Notes under the pieces: model-generated
Databases searched by the model: none
What the model was told of the DNA's origin: nothing
What the model saw: only the letters and a program-made list of their open reading frames with translations
Shown here: in pieces, positions 30,801 through 38,856 of the stretch
Numbering within the stretch: the first letter of the stretch is position 1
Layout: the number at the start of each line of letters is the position of its first letter
Origin: Candidatus Moanibacter sp.
GTDB taxonomy: Bacteria > Verrucomicrobiota > Verrucomicrobiia > Opitutales > UBA2987
Length of the DNA stretch: 62,732 nucleotides
Assembly (NCBI GenBank): GCA_965215885.1
Contig: CBDCEW010000002.1
Span: forward strand, 1-62,732
Direction of reading: 5' to 3'
Position numbers and translations under genes: made by a program

Positions 30801-31174
30801 CCGTAGCGGCCGATTCCATCGACCCCCTCCAGGACGACCGGCTCCGGACCGACCCGCTCCTCCACCGACGGCAGCCGCCCTTCAGCCACCAGTTCCGCGA
30901 GAATGGGCGACTCGCCGTTCGGATACCACGTGGCCGAATTGCCGGCCGAGTAGTCCACCTCCCTCCAAATCATCGTGCCGCCTCCCTCGCCCTTAGGTGA
31001 GGTTTTCCGAAGGGCGTTCACAGCGGCCACCGCCTCGGGTGAAAATTCAATCGGCTCCTGTTTGAGTTCCGGTTTGAACAGCCACCCACAGAAAGCGAGA
31101 AATACACAGACGCCGGCGGCAGTTGCCAGACAGGAGAGAAGGAAGCGCATCGGTATGGTGGATCTTCTGGCCAT
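27869..31174 (-). CDS. Fused ABC substrate-binding protein (family 5) and DppB/OppB-like permease
   Basis: LRRGIRWSDGHPFTADD, RNPYY, LPYID and FRRALSLAINR, followed by TM segments with the EAA-loop YVLTAMAKGV and LDPRIR. Confidence 0.92.
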   Translation of the reverse strand: MARRSTIPMRFLLSCLATAAGVCVFLAFCGWLFKPELKQEPIEFSPEAVAAVNALRKTSPKGEGGGTMIWREVDYSAGNSATWYPNGESPILAELVAEGRLPSVEERVGPEPVVLEGVDGIGRYGGTWFRAATAASDIEPSNRRVFNGHLVRWSPQGYPQVPHIIKRWEVSEDRRTWIFHLRRGIRWSDGHPFTADDIIYWWEMEVKALELGRPLWINIAREPVEVEKVDDFTVRYEFPVPHGLFLEHMGMQGEYYAPKHYLEQYHPEFGNEALIEATIRSRRVATRRALYSLLKAWSNPEHPRLWPWIYRTYTPNPPFAFVRNPYYFAVDSAGNQLPYIDRVFYDIKKLELIGIAAANGSISMQTRHIRYEDYTLLMSQRETYDYEVYHWFSAVRSVWVLFPNLNRRVEPEDPASGYKWELLNDQRFRRALSLAINRQQIIDAVFNGAGEPAQMSPGRESYFHHEGLHTSAIEYDPVAASGILDEIGLTRRDGEGFRNFPDGSRMVWYIDLTDFNGRGPDQFIIDDWAEVGVRAVLRERSRTLWIAEKSALTQDFSVYLGQGEYHPLVEPRNFAPGFNALLHFAYGYGRWFANGGLWGSPDVERAGGIEPPAGHPLYGSRESFEAAIRAPTLEKQRELFARALDIAAQNLWTISIATPPPQLAVVKKGFRNVPRSMIYGGRYRTPGNAASETFFFERSGDSTGAVEKIKKEMVEITPAPDAIDATTLRPSRGRGLDRLIQWTVLAIGSCLIVLVGLKHPYVGRRLVIMIPTLVIISAVAFTIIQLPPGNFIETRIKILEMEGNDRAVEELEQVREIFHLDDPPFLRYLRWLGLYWFAGFDERDRGLIHGHMGFSMENQRPVNDVVGDRILLTFLISLGTILFTWAPALPIGIYSAVRQYTVGDYIFTLIGFIGMCVPNFLLALLLIYWSGRYFGMDMTGLFSPDYAAQPEWTWGKVVDLLKHIWLPVVVLGTGGTAGMIRVMRGNLLDELKKPYVLTAMAKGVRPFKLLLKFPVRLALNPFISGIGSLFPQLVSGGAIVAMVLSLPTVGPLMLSALMSEDMYLAGSMLMVLSLLGVMGTLVSDLLLLWLDPRIRFEAGSR

Positions 31175-31225
31175 GTTTCGCAGGATTTCGCGACGAAATC
31201 CTACACTCGGGCAAATTCGGAACAA

Positions 31226-31531
31226 GCTCCATCCGGGATAAACCCTCCCCACCGGGATTCATCGGGGGATAAACCCCCTCCTACAGCCCTCGCGGGTCTC
31301 TAATACAGATATGGGAACTCCATATGGCCGCCTGATCCCTGCTCAGCACTGCCATTTTCAAGTTACAACAGGGTTCGGGGTAAAGAGCCTACACTCCGAG
31401 CATATCGGAACAAGCCCCATCGCGGGATAAACCCGCGATGGGGCTCCTACAGTCCTCACAGGTTATAGAACGGGATCCGAAAGCATAATCTCATTCGGAT
31501 TGTAGGAGCGGGTTTATCCCGCGATGGGGCC
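31226..31531. repeat. Cluster of GTAG-family REPs (GTAGGAGCGGGTTTATCCCGCGAT)
   Basis: Four related GGGATAAACCC hairpins, with CTCCTAC/GTAGGAG ends. Confidence 0.8.
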
Positions 31532-31548
31532 AACTCCCGAAAACGCGT

Positions 31549-31578
31549 AAAACAAAGGGGCGGCCGAAGCCGCCCCTC
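31549..31578 (-). terminator. Rho-independent terminator of the TonB receptor gene
   Basis: Minus strand GAGGGGCGGC-TTCG-GCCGCCCCTTTGTTTT. Confidence 0.85.
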
Positions 31579-31601
31579 AAATTCTCTTCAGTTAAATCGA
31601 C

Positions 31602-34091
31602 TTAGAAGAACGTCTTAATCTTGAAGTAGGCCTTGATTGGGTCGCCCACGGCGAGGCCAGTGTACCATCTCTGATTAAACATGTTTTCCAGATTGAAGCT
31701 GAAAACGGTTCTCTTCCCGAACCTGGTCGTTTCGTATTGGATCAACGCATCAAACACGTTGTAACCGGGATTGCGATGGATCCGGAATGGCTTGTTATTC
31801 CCGGATTCCGCCGCGCTCGTGGCGCGCACACCCATTCCGAAGGAGAATCCCTTCAACTTTCCCTCCGTAAGCTTGTATTTTCCGAAGACCGCCAGGTTGT
31901 GCGTCGGCGCATTGTGCAATTGCCGACCGTTCTGAATTGCGATCTCAAAGGGATTGGTCAGTGACGCATCCCTTACGATCTTCCCGTCGTAGATCCAGCC
32001 ATAAGTGAAAAGCATCTGGAATTTCTGATTCGGCGTCCAAACCAGATCCGCTTCGATTCCCTCGGTGTGTTCCAGGCCGGAAAGGAGCCACCACGTGATA
32101 TTATTTGTCTGGGTCCCGTCGTTATTGAGGGGTTCCGTGTCGTTGCGCTCGCCGTCCTGCTGGCGGATGTTCTCGCGATCGAGCGTGAACCAACTGATCG
32201 TTCCGGCCAGTTTGTTGTCCTTCCAGGCCGTCTTGATTCCGATATCAATCCCAACACCCGCCTCATTGGTTAGCTCAAACGGGTTCAGAGCCGGCGCGCC
32301 CGGACCGGAAACGTTGTCCCCATTCGGCCGCCACTGCTGACTGTAACTGCCGAATACATGCCAACCGGGTATTACCTCGAAGACGGCGCCGTAGCGAGGC
32401 GTTTTCCCGGTGTCGCCGTCGTCCTCTTCTTCCCATCGCATGCCGACCATCGTCCGCAGGCGGTTGTTGAAGAACGATCCCAGGTGCGTGAAGTAATGGC
32501 CGGTCAACCAGGTCGGTGTTCGCGGGGTCGGTTCGTTCCTGCTTGCGATGGCATCGGAGTAGTTCGGGGTATCGTGAATATACGGATTCCATCGATTCCG
32601 TTATTCATTGCCCGAAACCGTAACCATGGGAGTTCCTGCTGGGACCGGACCACCTCTGAAATCCGGATCGGCCGGCACCTGGAGATCCGGCAGCTGATTC
32701 CAGTCGAAGATGTGGGTACCATTTCTCCAGCGGAAATTGTGTTGGTGTTCGTGCCCGTAGATGAGGGTGTGCTTGCCCGCCTTTTCCGTATTGAATCTGA
32801 ACTTGAGATCAACCTGCTGGTTGATGCGACGGCTGCGTGTGCGATGGTTGAAATTGTCCCGCATCCGCAGGGAGTAGTCACCGTTGACATCGGTGAAAAA
32901 GTTGTTCACGTCATTCCGATAGGATTCGATGTCGTAAAACTGGTAGCGGACATCGATCCACGACGTTGGTCCCCAACTGACATTGAAGAGATGGCTCGAG
33001 CCTGTGTAGTCGTCGAAGCCGCCCTCTCCGTTGCGGTTGAAATTGAAACCCCGTGGGGAAATTAGAAAAGGATCGAGAAAACCGGTATTGCGAAAGGCGT
33101 AATCGCCCGTGACTGCATCTTTGTCGGCCTTCCAACGGGCGGTCGACAACAACCAGCGGCCACGAAGATAGCTGATAGTTGTGGCGTCGTCCGGATCACC
33201 CCGCGATTCACGATAAAAATCGACGACCGCCTGGGGAGGATTCGCGTAGTCCCGGTGACGTTCGGGGTTCCCAACCACGTCATTGACCCCGTCATTGCGC
33301 CTCATATTCGCATCCTCGAACTCATAGAAGACATCGAATCTCGGCTTCGGATTCCAGCGTACCGATCCGGTAAAGTAGGCCTCCTCGGCCTCCTCGAGGT
33401 CGCGCCAGTCCTTGGAGTTGAGATAGGTTCCGTTTAACCGCACACCCAGCGTATTGTTCAGCGCCGTGGCCTGGGCATCGAGCGCGACTGTATGATGCTC
33501 GTAACTGCCGTAGGTGTATTCGATGCTGCCGCCATTTTTGAATTGGGGTTTCTTCGTAACCACGTTAAAGATTCCTCCTGGCGCAGTGTTGCCGTAAAAG
33601 ACGCCGACCGGACCCTTGATCACCTCGATGCGATCGACCCCGTTGAGGTTGGCTGCCCCAAAGCTCTCCACTCCATTGCGCTGCTTCGGGGTGCGAAACC
33701 CGCGAAGGTAGAGAATGCCACCCCCGTCATGTGTGGAAACGCGCTCGTCGCCATAGACGTTGCTGATGAAGCGGGCTGCTTCCTGCGTGGAGTCGAAAGC
33801 GAGATCCTCGATAAATTCCGCGGGCAGAATACTGATATTCATCGGAAGATCGATCGACTGGGCGGCAAGGCGAATCGCCGTCGCGCTACTCGTGGCCCGG
33901 TAACCGAATTCCTGTGAATCATCGACCCGAAATTCGGGCAGCTCAATGAGCTCAGTCTCTTCCCCTTCTTCAGTTTTTTCCTCCTGAGCGGAAAGGGGAG
34001 CATAGGTTAACAGGCTCGCGGCAATGAGGATTAATCCCGCATTCCGAAAAGCCACGTACCATGGATGTTGATTGGTTCTCTTCATTTTCAT
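31602..34091 (-). pseudogene. TonB-dependent receptor with a single in-frame TAA at 32601-32603
   Basis: Signal peptide, plug motifs LRGF and DRIEVIKGP..YG..PGGIFN, and C-terminal NLENMFN..KTFF. The frame stays open across the stop (..GNE*RNRWNPY..). Confidence 0.9.
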
Positions 34092-34218
34092 AGTCCTTAT
34101 TTAGGAGTTTTTGTTCTGAGTTCGGTATGTTTCATGAAACCGATACGTTAGTTCAAAAAAAGACAGGGGATATGGGGTCAGCATACAATTAGCGTTCAAT
34201 TAGGCTTTCATTACGGCT

Positions 34219-34278
34219 CAGTTAGGGTTCAGTTAGGGTTCAGTTAGGGTTCAGTTAGGGTTCAGTTAGGGTTCAGTT
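34219..34278. repeat. 11-bp tandem repeat (CAGTTAGGGTT) x5.5
   Basis: Five perfect units plus CAGTT. Confidence 0.97.
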
Positions 34279-34516
34279 TACCGTGCATTGAAACACCGAA
34301 CGAAGCGGAGTCAACCGTTTTTTTTACGAAAAGTTAACTGAATTTCCCACATGTCTTCTTCGCATGAAACTGCCCAGGATACTGCGAAAACGTGTATCGA
34401 AGAAACCCGGAAAAATGTCGATATGCTGCCATCCTGATCTTCAGGTTTGTAACACCCGTTATTCGAGAACGAACACGAGGACGATACTGACTACAAAAGC
34501 ATTTCGTTCGTAAGTT

Positions 34517-34540
34517 GTAGCGGAATCCGGGAGGATTTCG
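34517..34540. repeat. GTAGCGGAA-family REP
   Basis: GTAGCGGAATCCGGGAGGATTTCG. Relatives at 38760-38783, 45202-45266 (pair) and 58566-58589. Confidence 0.8.
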
Positions 34541-34694
34541 TTCAAGCGTAGCCGCGCTCGCAAGAGCGTGGTCCCATCGTATCCTCCTGAGTGGGATTAC
34601 GGAGTCCCCGACGTTAGTGGAAGTCCCGCGTTGCGCAAAAAGGACTTCGTCTCAGCTCCGACCGGCGCAGAGCGTGTTGCCTCGCCGCTCCACC

Positions 34695-35972
34695 TCAGCC
34701 ACTACCCAGAAACTCCGCCAGTTTCGGGGTTTCGAGAGTCCTCGTAATGCGAAATGTCCCGGCTGGTCCATTCGGGTGGCCGGTGTAGATAAAAATGTGC
34801 TGGACGCCCTTCCCAGCATCGATGACGCCGCCGGCCGGATGGAACCCGTCCGAAGTCTTGTAAAACTCCTTCCCTCCCTCTGAACGCTTCTTCGCAAAAA
34901 GCACTCCCTCGAAGCGCCACTCGGCCGACTCCCAGTCTTCCGGATCGATACTCCAGAGATCGACGAGCAGGTTCTCCCTCATGGACCGCACGACCTCGAA
35001 TCTGCAGGTGACCGGATTGTAGTCGATATCCAACGTATCGAGATTTCGCGTGTGGCGAATGCTGGCGCGGCGGACATCGATTGGCTTTCCGCCGGAAACC
35101 CGAATTTGAATATAGGAAGTATGCGTGCGTTCATCGCGACCAAGGATGAAAATGTCGCCCTCGTGGCACACCGCCGCGGCTTCGTGCTGAGCCGCCCACG
35201 GAGGAAGTTCGTGGATCTCCTTATTCCAGGTCCTTCCATCATCTCGTGAGCTGAGAACGGCGAGATTGTGGTGGAAAAGATCGATTGGACCCACAACCGG
35301 GTTGGGAAACCGGCCACCACGCCCGAAGCCAACTGTATTGCCGAACGAGCAAAGACCGAGTTCCGAATGGTTCACGATCCTTGGACCCTGAAAGACAATA
35401 TCACCCTCCGTCGTATCCTCTCGAAACTGTGTGTGCTGGTGCGTCCACGTCCGGCCCCTGTCGGTCGAACGGAAAGCGCCATAGTTGCAGAGCACGACGA
35501 CCGTGCCCTCCGACGACGTTCCAATGGCGTTCAAATGGAGCTTATACCCCTCCCTGCTCTCATTGACGGGGCCAAACTTGTAGCGGTGCGAAAGCGGAAG
35601 CACTCCTCCGCGATTTTTACAGGAGGGCTCCATTGCATCGCGGAGGTCATACGGCTCCGTCCACGATTGACCGTCGTCCTCGGAGACAACGGCCAGGGAA
35701 AAGCTCGAGTTCTCGTCACCGTCACCCGCACCCCTTGGATTGTGCCCCGGAATCCGTCGGTGGATGACGACGAGGTTGCCGTCGACTTTAGTTGCCACCG
35801 GCCAACCCATGTGATTGTTGTCGCCCAACGGCTGCCCCGGAAGAACGACCGGCGCAAGTTCGATAAGCCCTCGTTCCCGCCCTTCGCTCAGAGTTGCGTA
35901 CTGCTCATCCGATGCATTGAGAAGCTCGCGGGCCAGCGGGCTCAGGTTGTCCAGTGAAGAATCTTCGCTCAT
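34695..35972 (-). CDS. BNR/Asp-box (sialidase-like) beta-propeller protein
   Basis: Asp-boxes SEDDGQSW, STDRGRTW and SRDDGRTW. Confidence 0.75.
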   Translation of the reverse strand: MSEDSSLDNLSPLARELLNASDEQYATLSEGRERGLIELAPVVLPGQPLGDNNHMGWPVATKVDGNLVVIHRRIPGHNPRGAGDGDENSSFSLAVVSEDDGQSWTEPYDLRDAMEPSCKNRGGVLPLSHRYKFGPVNESREGYKLHLNAIGTSSEGTVVVLCNYGAFRSTDRGRTWTHQHTQFREDTTEGDIVFQGPRIVNHSELGLCSFGNTVGFGRGGRFPNPVVGPIDLFHHNLAVLSSRDDGRTWNKEIHELPPWAAQHEAAAVCHEGDIFILGRDERTHTSYIQIRVSGGKPIDVRRASIRHTRNLDTLDIDYNPVTCRFEVVRSMRENLLVDLWSIDPEDWESAEWRFEGVLFAKKRSEGGKEFYKTSDGFHPAGGVIDAGKGVQHIFIYTGHPNGPAGTFRITRTLETPKLAEFLGSG

Positions 35973-36215
35973 GTCACAATTGTTTTTCCGTTACGTTTCC
36001 TGTGGTCTACATGCTCTGTCAACGGTTTTCGAGGCTGTTGCCCAAACCAGGATGGCGTTGTTGGAAGCAAGTTTGGTCTTGAACAGCCCCTTTCTCTTTA
36101 CGCTAAGTAATCCTACTCCCGTACGCCGGGACTACGAGGAATCTGTCACACGTGGCATCCGACAGCTTCCTACCGCGAACTTTCTTCGAGTTGTATTCGA
36201 GGATCGAGGCGGGAC

Positions 36216-36614
36216 TCACGGAAGGACGCGAAAACCAGCCCGGCGAAATTCCGAATCGACCGCCGCCGCCGTCTCGACTTCGAGGCGCTTCATCAAGGCG
36301 AATGACGTACAATCCGTAAAGCTGTATTCCTTGTCCGACTCGCTTATGAATCGATGCCAAGCCGCATCACGATCTGTCTCGCCTACTGTAACCAGTCGAG
36401 CCAAATCCTCACTGCGAAGCATATTACCCGCTTTCCTCGCCTCAATATGACCAACCCGGAAGCGAATCAAGGTAACGAGCTCGTCGAATACATAATCGGA
36501 AGTAAGCAGACGACCCTCCCAATCAGATAATGCCTCGGCGACCAATTCGTGATCGGGGTCCCGGCTGTTGAAAAATGCGAACCACGCACCCGTATCCACG
36601 AAGATCCGCTCCAT
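36216..36614 (-). CDS. vapC: PIN-domain toxin (VapC-like)
   Basis: FVDTGA, DEL, SFTDCTSF and DSEFRRAGF. Confidence 0.92.
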   Translation of the reverse strand: MERIFVDTGAWFAFFNSRDPDHELVAEALSDWEGRLLTSDYVFDELVTLIRFRVGHIEARKAGNMLRSEDLARLVTVGETDRDAAWHRFISESDKEYSFTDCTSFALMKRLEVETAAAVDSEFRRAGFRVLP

Positions 36615-36847
36615 CAGGACCCTCCATATAGATATGCGTCGTGGTCGCGCCCTCTCGTTTCATTGTCGCTGAACAACCCTTTTCCATCGGACAGCTTGAA
36701 GAGGCGCCGCTTTCCGGGTTCCGTGGCCGCCAGAGCCCGGTCCAGTAATTCGCGAATGATTGCGCCCATGCTCTTGTTCTGCTTCCTCGCTCTTTCGCAT
36801 ACCGCCTGGTACTGCTCCTCTTCCAACATAATCTGGGTTCGATGCAT
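36614..36847 (-). CDS. Putative antitoxin (RHH-like)
   Basis: MHRTQIML..SMGAIIRELLD..HDAYLYG. Its stop overlaps the vapC start. Confidence 0.85.
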   Translation of the reverse strand: MHRTQIMLEEEQYQAVCERARKQNKSMGAIIRELLDRALAATEPGKRRLFKLSDGKGLFSDNETRGRDHDAYLYGGS

Positions 36848-36910
36848 TATGATTCGATCCTCCTCGTTTATACATGATTCCGTATTAGCAGGAAACTGAG
36901 TTACATTTAC

Positions 36911-36938
36911 ATCATACATCATAAGGCTCTGCTGTCAA
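36911..36938 (-). promoter_or_regulatory. Putative promoter of the vapBC-like pair
   Basis: Minus strand TTGACA-16bp-TATGAT. Confidence 0.55.
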
Positions 36939-37042
36939 GTCCCCGCGAATTCTCGCAATATTTCCAATTTCCTCTTCAACAACTGTGCAAGTGTGGTGTA
37001 TCATAAATTGACAAGCGAACGCTTTTACGGACGCTATTAACA

Positions 37043-37285
37043 ATGACACCCGTAACTGCCACAAAAGCTCGTCGGCTACTTTACGCCTTGATCGATGAGG
37101 CCAACGCGTCTCATGAGCCAATTCAAATCACCGGGAAGCGAGGTAACGCGGTTCTAATTTCGGAAGATGACTGGCGTTCGATCAGAGAGACGCTGTATCT
37201 GCACTCCGTTCCCGGTATGGTTGAATCAATTCAGAAAGCGAGAAAAGAGGGGATCGGACAAGCCTCCAAGAAACTCGACTGGTGA
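37043..37285 (+). CDS. yefM: Phd/YefM antitoxin
   Basis: ATKARRLLY..PIQITGKRGNAVLISEDDW..ETLYL. Confidence 0.93.
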   Translation: MTPVTATKARRLLYALIDEANASHEPIQITGKRGNAVLISEDDWRSIRETLYLHSVPGMVESIQKARKEGIGQASKKLDW

Positions 37286-37537
37286 GTTACGAAATTGTCT
37301 TCTCACGCCAAGCGCAAAAAGACGCAAAGAAACTAAAGCGGAGCGGTTTGAAAGATAAAGCCGAAGAGCTCATCGAAATACTGAAGCTTGATCCATACAA
37401 GACTCCTCCAAGATACGAATGCCTCTTAGGGATGCTATTCGAGAAGAATCAATATTCAGCACAGGCTGGTGTAGGAGGTATTCAAAGATGAGAAAATCGT
37501 TCACGTGCTGAGGATGTGGTCACACTACGGGAAATAG
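37282..37537 (+). pseudogene. yoeB: Txe/YoeB toxin, disrupted
   Basis: PPRYECLL, then a frameshift. The second frame reads GCYSRRINIQHRLV*EVF..LRMWSHY with TAG at 37472. Confidence 0.9.
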
Positions 37538-37625
37538 CTACCAACACGTGCCGAGAGCCGACATCAGCAGAACTGACCCTCGTCTGACGTTCCAAACGTC
37601 AATGGTATAGCAGTCACCCTCGACT

Positions 37626-38738
37626 ATGCAGATCACTGAAGTCACCGCCATGGTCCTGCGCCTGCCCGAGGTCACCTCGGCCTGTGATGGGACTCAGGAC
37701 ACATGTTTGATCAAAATCGAGACCGATGAGGGAATTACCGGCTGGGGAGAGGTCGATTCCTGCCCGAGCGTTGTCAAGGCGATTGTCGATGCACCGCTGT
37801 CGCACCAGATTTGCAACGGGCTGAGGAACGCCCTCGTGGATGCGGACCCCGTGGCAATCGATGTCTGCACCGGGCTCATGGACGAGGTCACTAACTATTA
37901 CGGCAGGACAGCTGCGGGCGCCCACGCCAAGGCCGGAGTAAACATCGCCTTGTGGGACATCGCGGGGAAGGCGTGTGACCGCCCGGTCTATCAACTGCTG
38001 GGCGGGCCACACAAGAGACGGTTTAGGGCATACTGCTCAATCCTTTTCGGGGACACTCCTGGGGAGACCTGCGAATTGGCTCGGCGATTCGCCGATGAGG
38101 GGTTTACCGCGATCAAATTTGGCTGGGGGCCGATGGGCCGGGACGAAGCAACCGATATTGCGCTGGTCCGCGAAGCACGAAGGGGGGCGGGCGAGGAGGT
38201 GGATATTCTCATCGACGCCGGGCAGGTGTGGGATTGGAAGACGGCCCTCAAGCGCGCACACCAATTCATGGAATTCCGCCCATTCTGGCTCGAGGAGCCG
38301 CTCCATCCCGAAGACATTTCCGGCTATCGCGCATTAACCGCGGAAAGCCCGTTGCCCATTGCGGCTGCCGAGGCTGAGGCGCGTTATGTGGAGTTCGAGC
38401 GGCTCGTGGTGGAGGGCGGCCTGGACTGGATTCAACCGGATCCGGGGAGGTGCGGCATCTCCACCTTTGTCGAGGCAGGAAAGATGGCCTGCCGCCATAA
38501 CCGCAAGGTCGTCAATCACAGTTTCAAAAGCGGGATCACCATTGCGGCCTCCCTTCACGCACTGTCTGCGCTTCCCAACACAGAAGTCTTCGAGTTCTGC
38601 ATGACGGATTCGCCGTTGCGTCACGAGCTTACGAACGAAAAGTTTAAAATCGTTGACGGCTATGTTGAGCTGCCCGAAGGTCCGGGACTCGGTGTCACAA
38701 TAAATGAAACGACGGTAGAGAAGTATCGATGGCTTTGA
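37626..38738 (+). CDS. Mandelate racemase/muconate lactonizing enzyme family protein
   Basis: IALWDIAGK, IDAG, WLEEP, QPD and PEGPGLG. Confidence 0.93.
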   Translation: MQITEVTAMVLRLPEVTSACDGTQDTCLIKIETDEGITGWGEVDSCPSVVKAIVDAPLSHQICNGLRNALVDADPVAIDVCTGLMDEVTNYYGRTAAGAHAKAGVNIALWDIAGKACDRPVYQLLGGPHKRRFRAYCSILFGDTPGETCELARRFADEGFTAIKFGWGPMGRDEATDIALVREARRGAGEEVDILIDAGQVWDWKTALKRAHQFMEFRPFWLEEPLHPEDISGYRALTAESPLPIAAAEAEARYVEFERLVVEGGLDWIQPDPGRCGISTFVEAGKMACRHNRKVVNHSFKSGITIAASLHALSALPNTEVFEFCMTDSPLRHELTNEKFKIVDGYVELPEGPGLGVTINETTVEKYRWL

Positions 38739-38856
38739 CGATGGAGTTTCCCTACTGATCGAATTCCTCCCGGATTCCTCTACGCCAGGAGATGTTCGAA
38801 TCAGGTGTAGATCAGAGTTTCGTAGCTGAAGGAAGCACCTCTACTTTGGTGTCACG

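Noticed and set aside
34219..34278. Eukaryotic telomere contamination (TTAGGG)
   Set aside because: The unit is 11 bp rather than 6 bp and is embedded in continuous bacterial sequence.
36002..36015. 14-mer GTGGTCTACATGCT shared with about 62279-62292
   Set aside because: A match of this length is expected by chance in a 62-kb window.
32601..37474. Stop-codon reassignment (TAA in the TonB receptor, TAG in yoeB)
   Set aside because: Many intact genes in the window end normally at TAA or TAG, and yoeB also has a frameshift.
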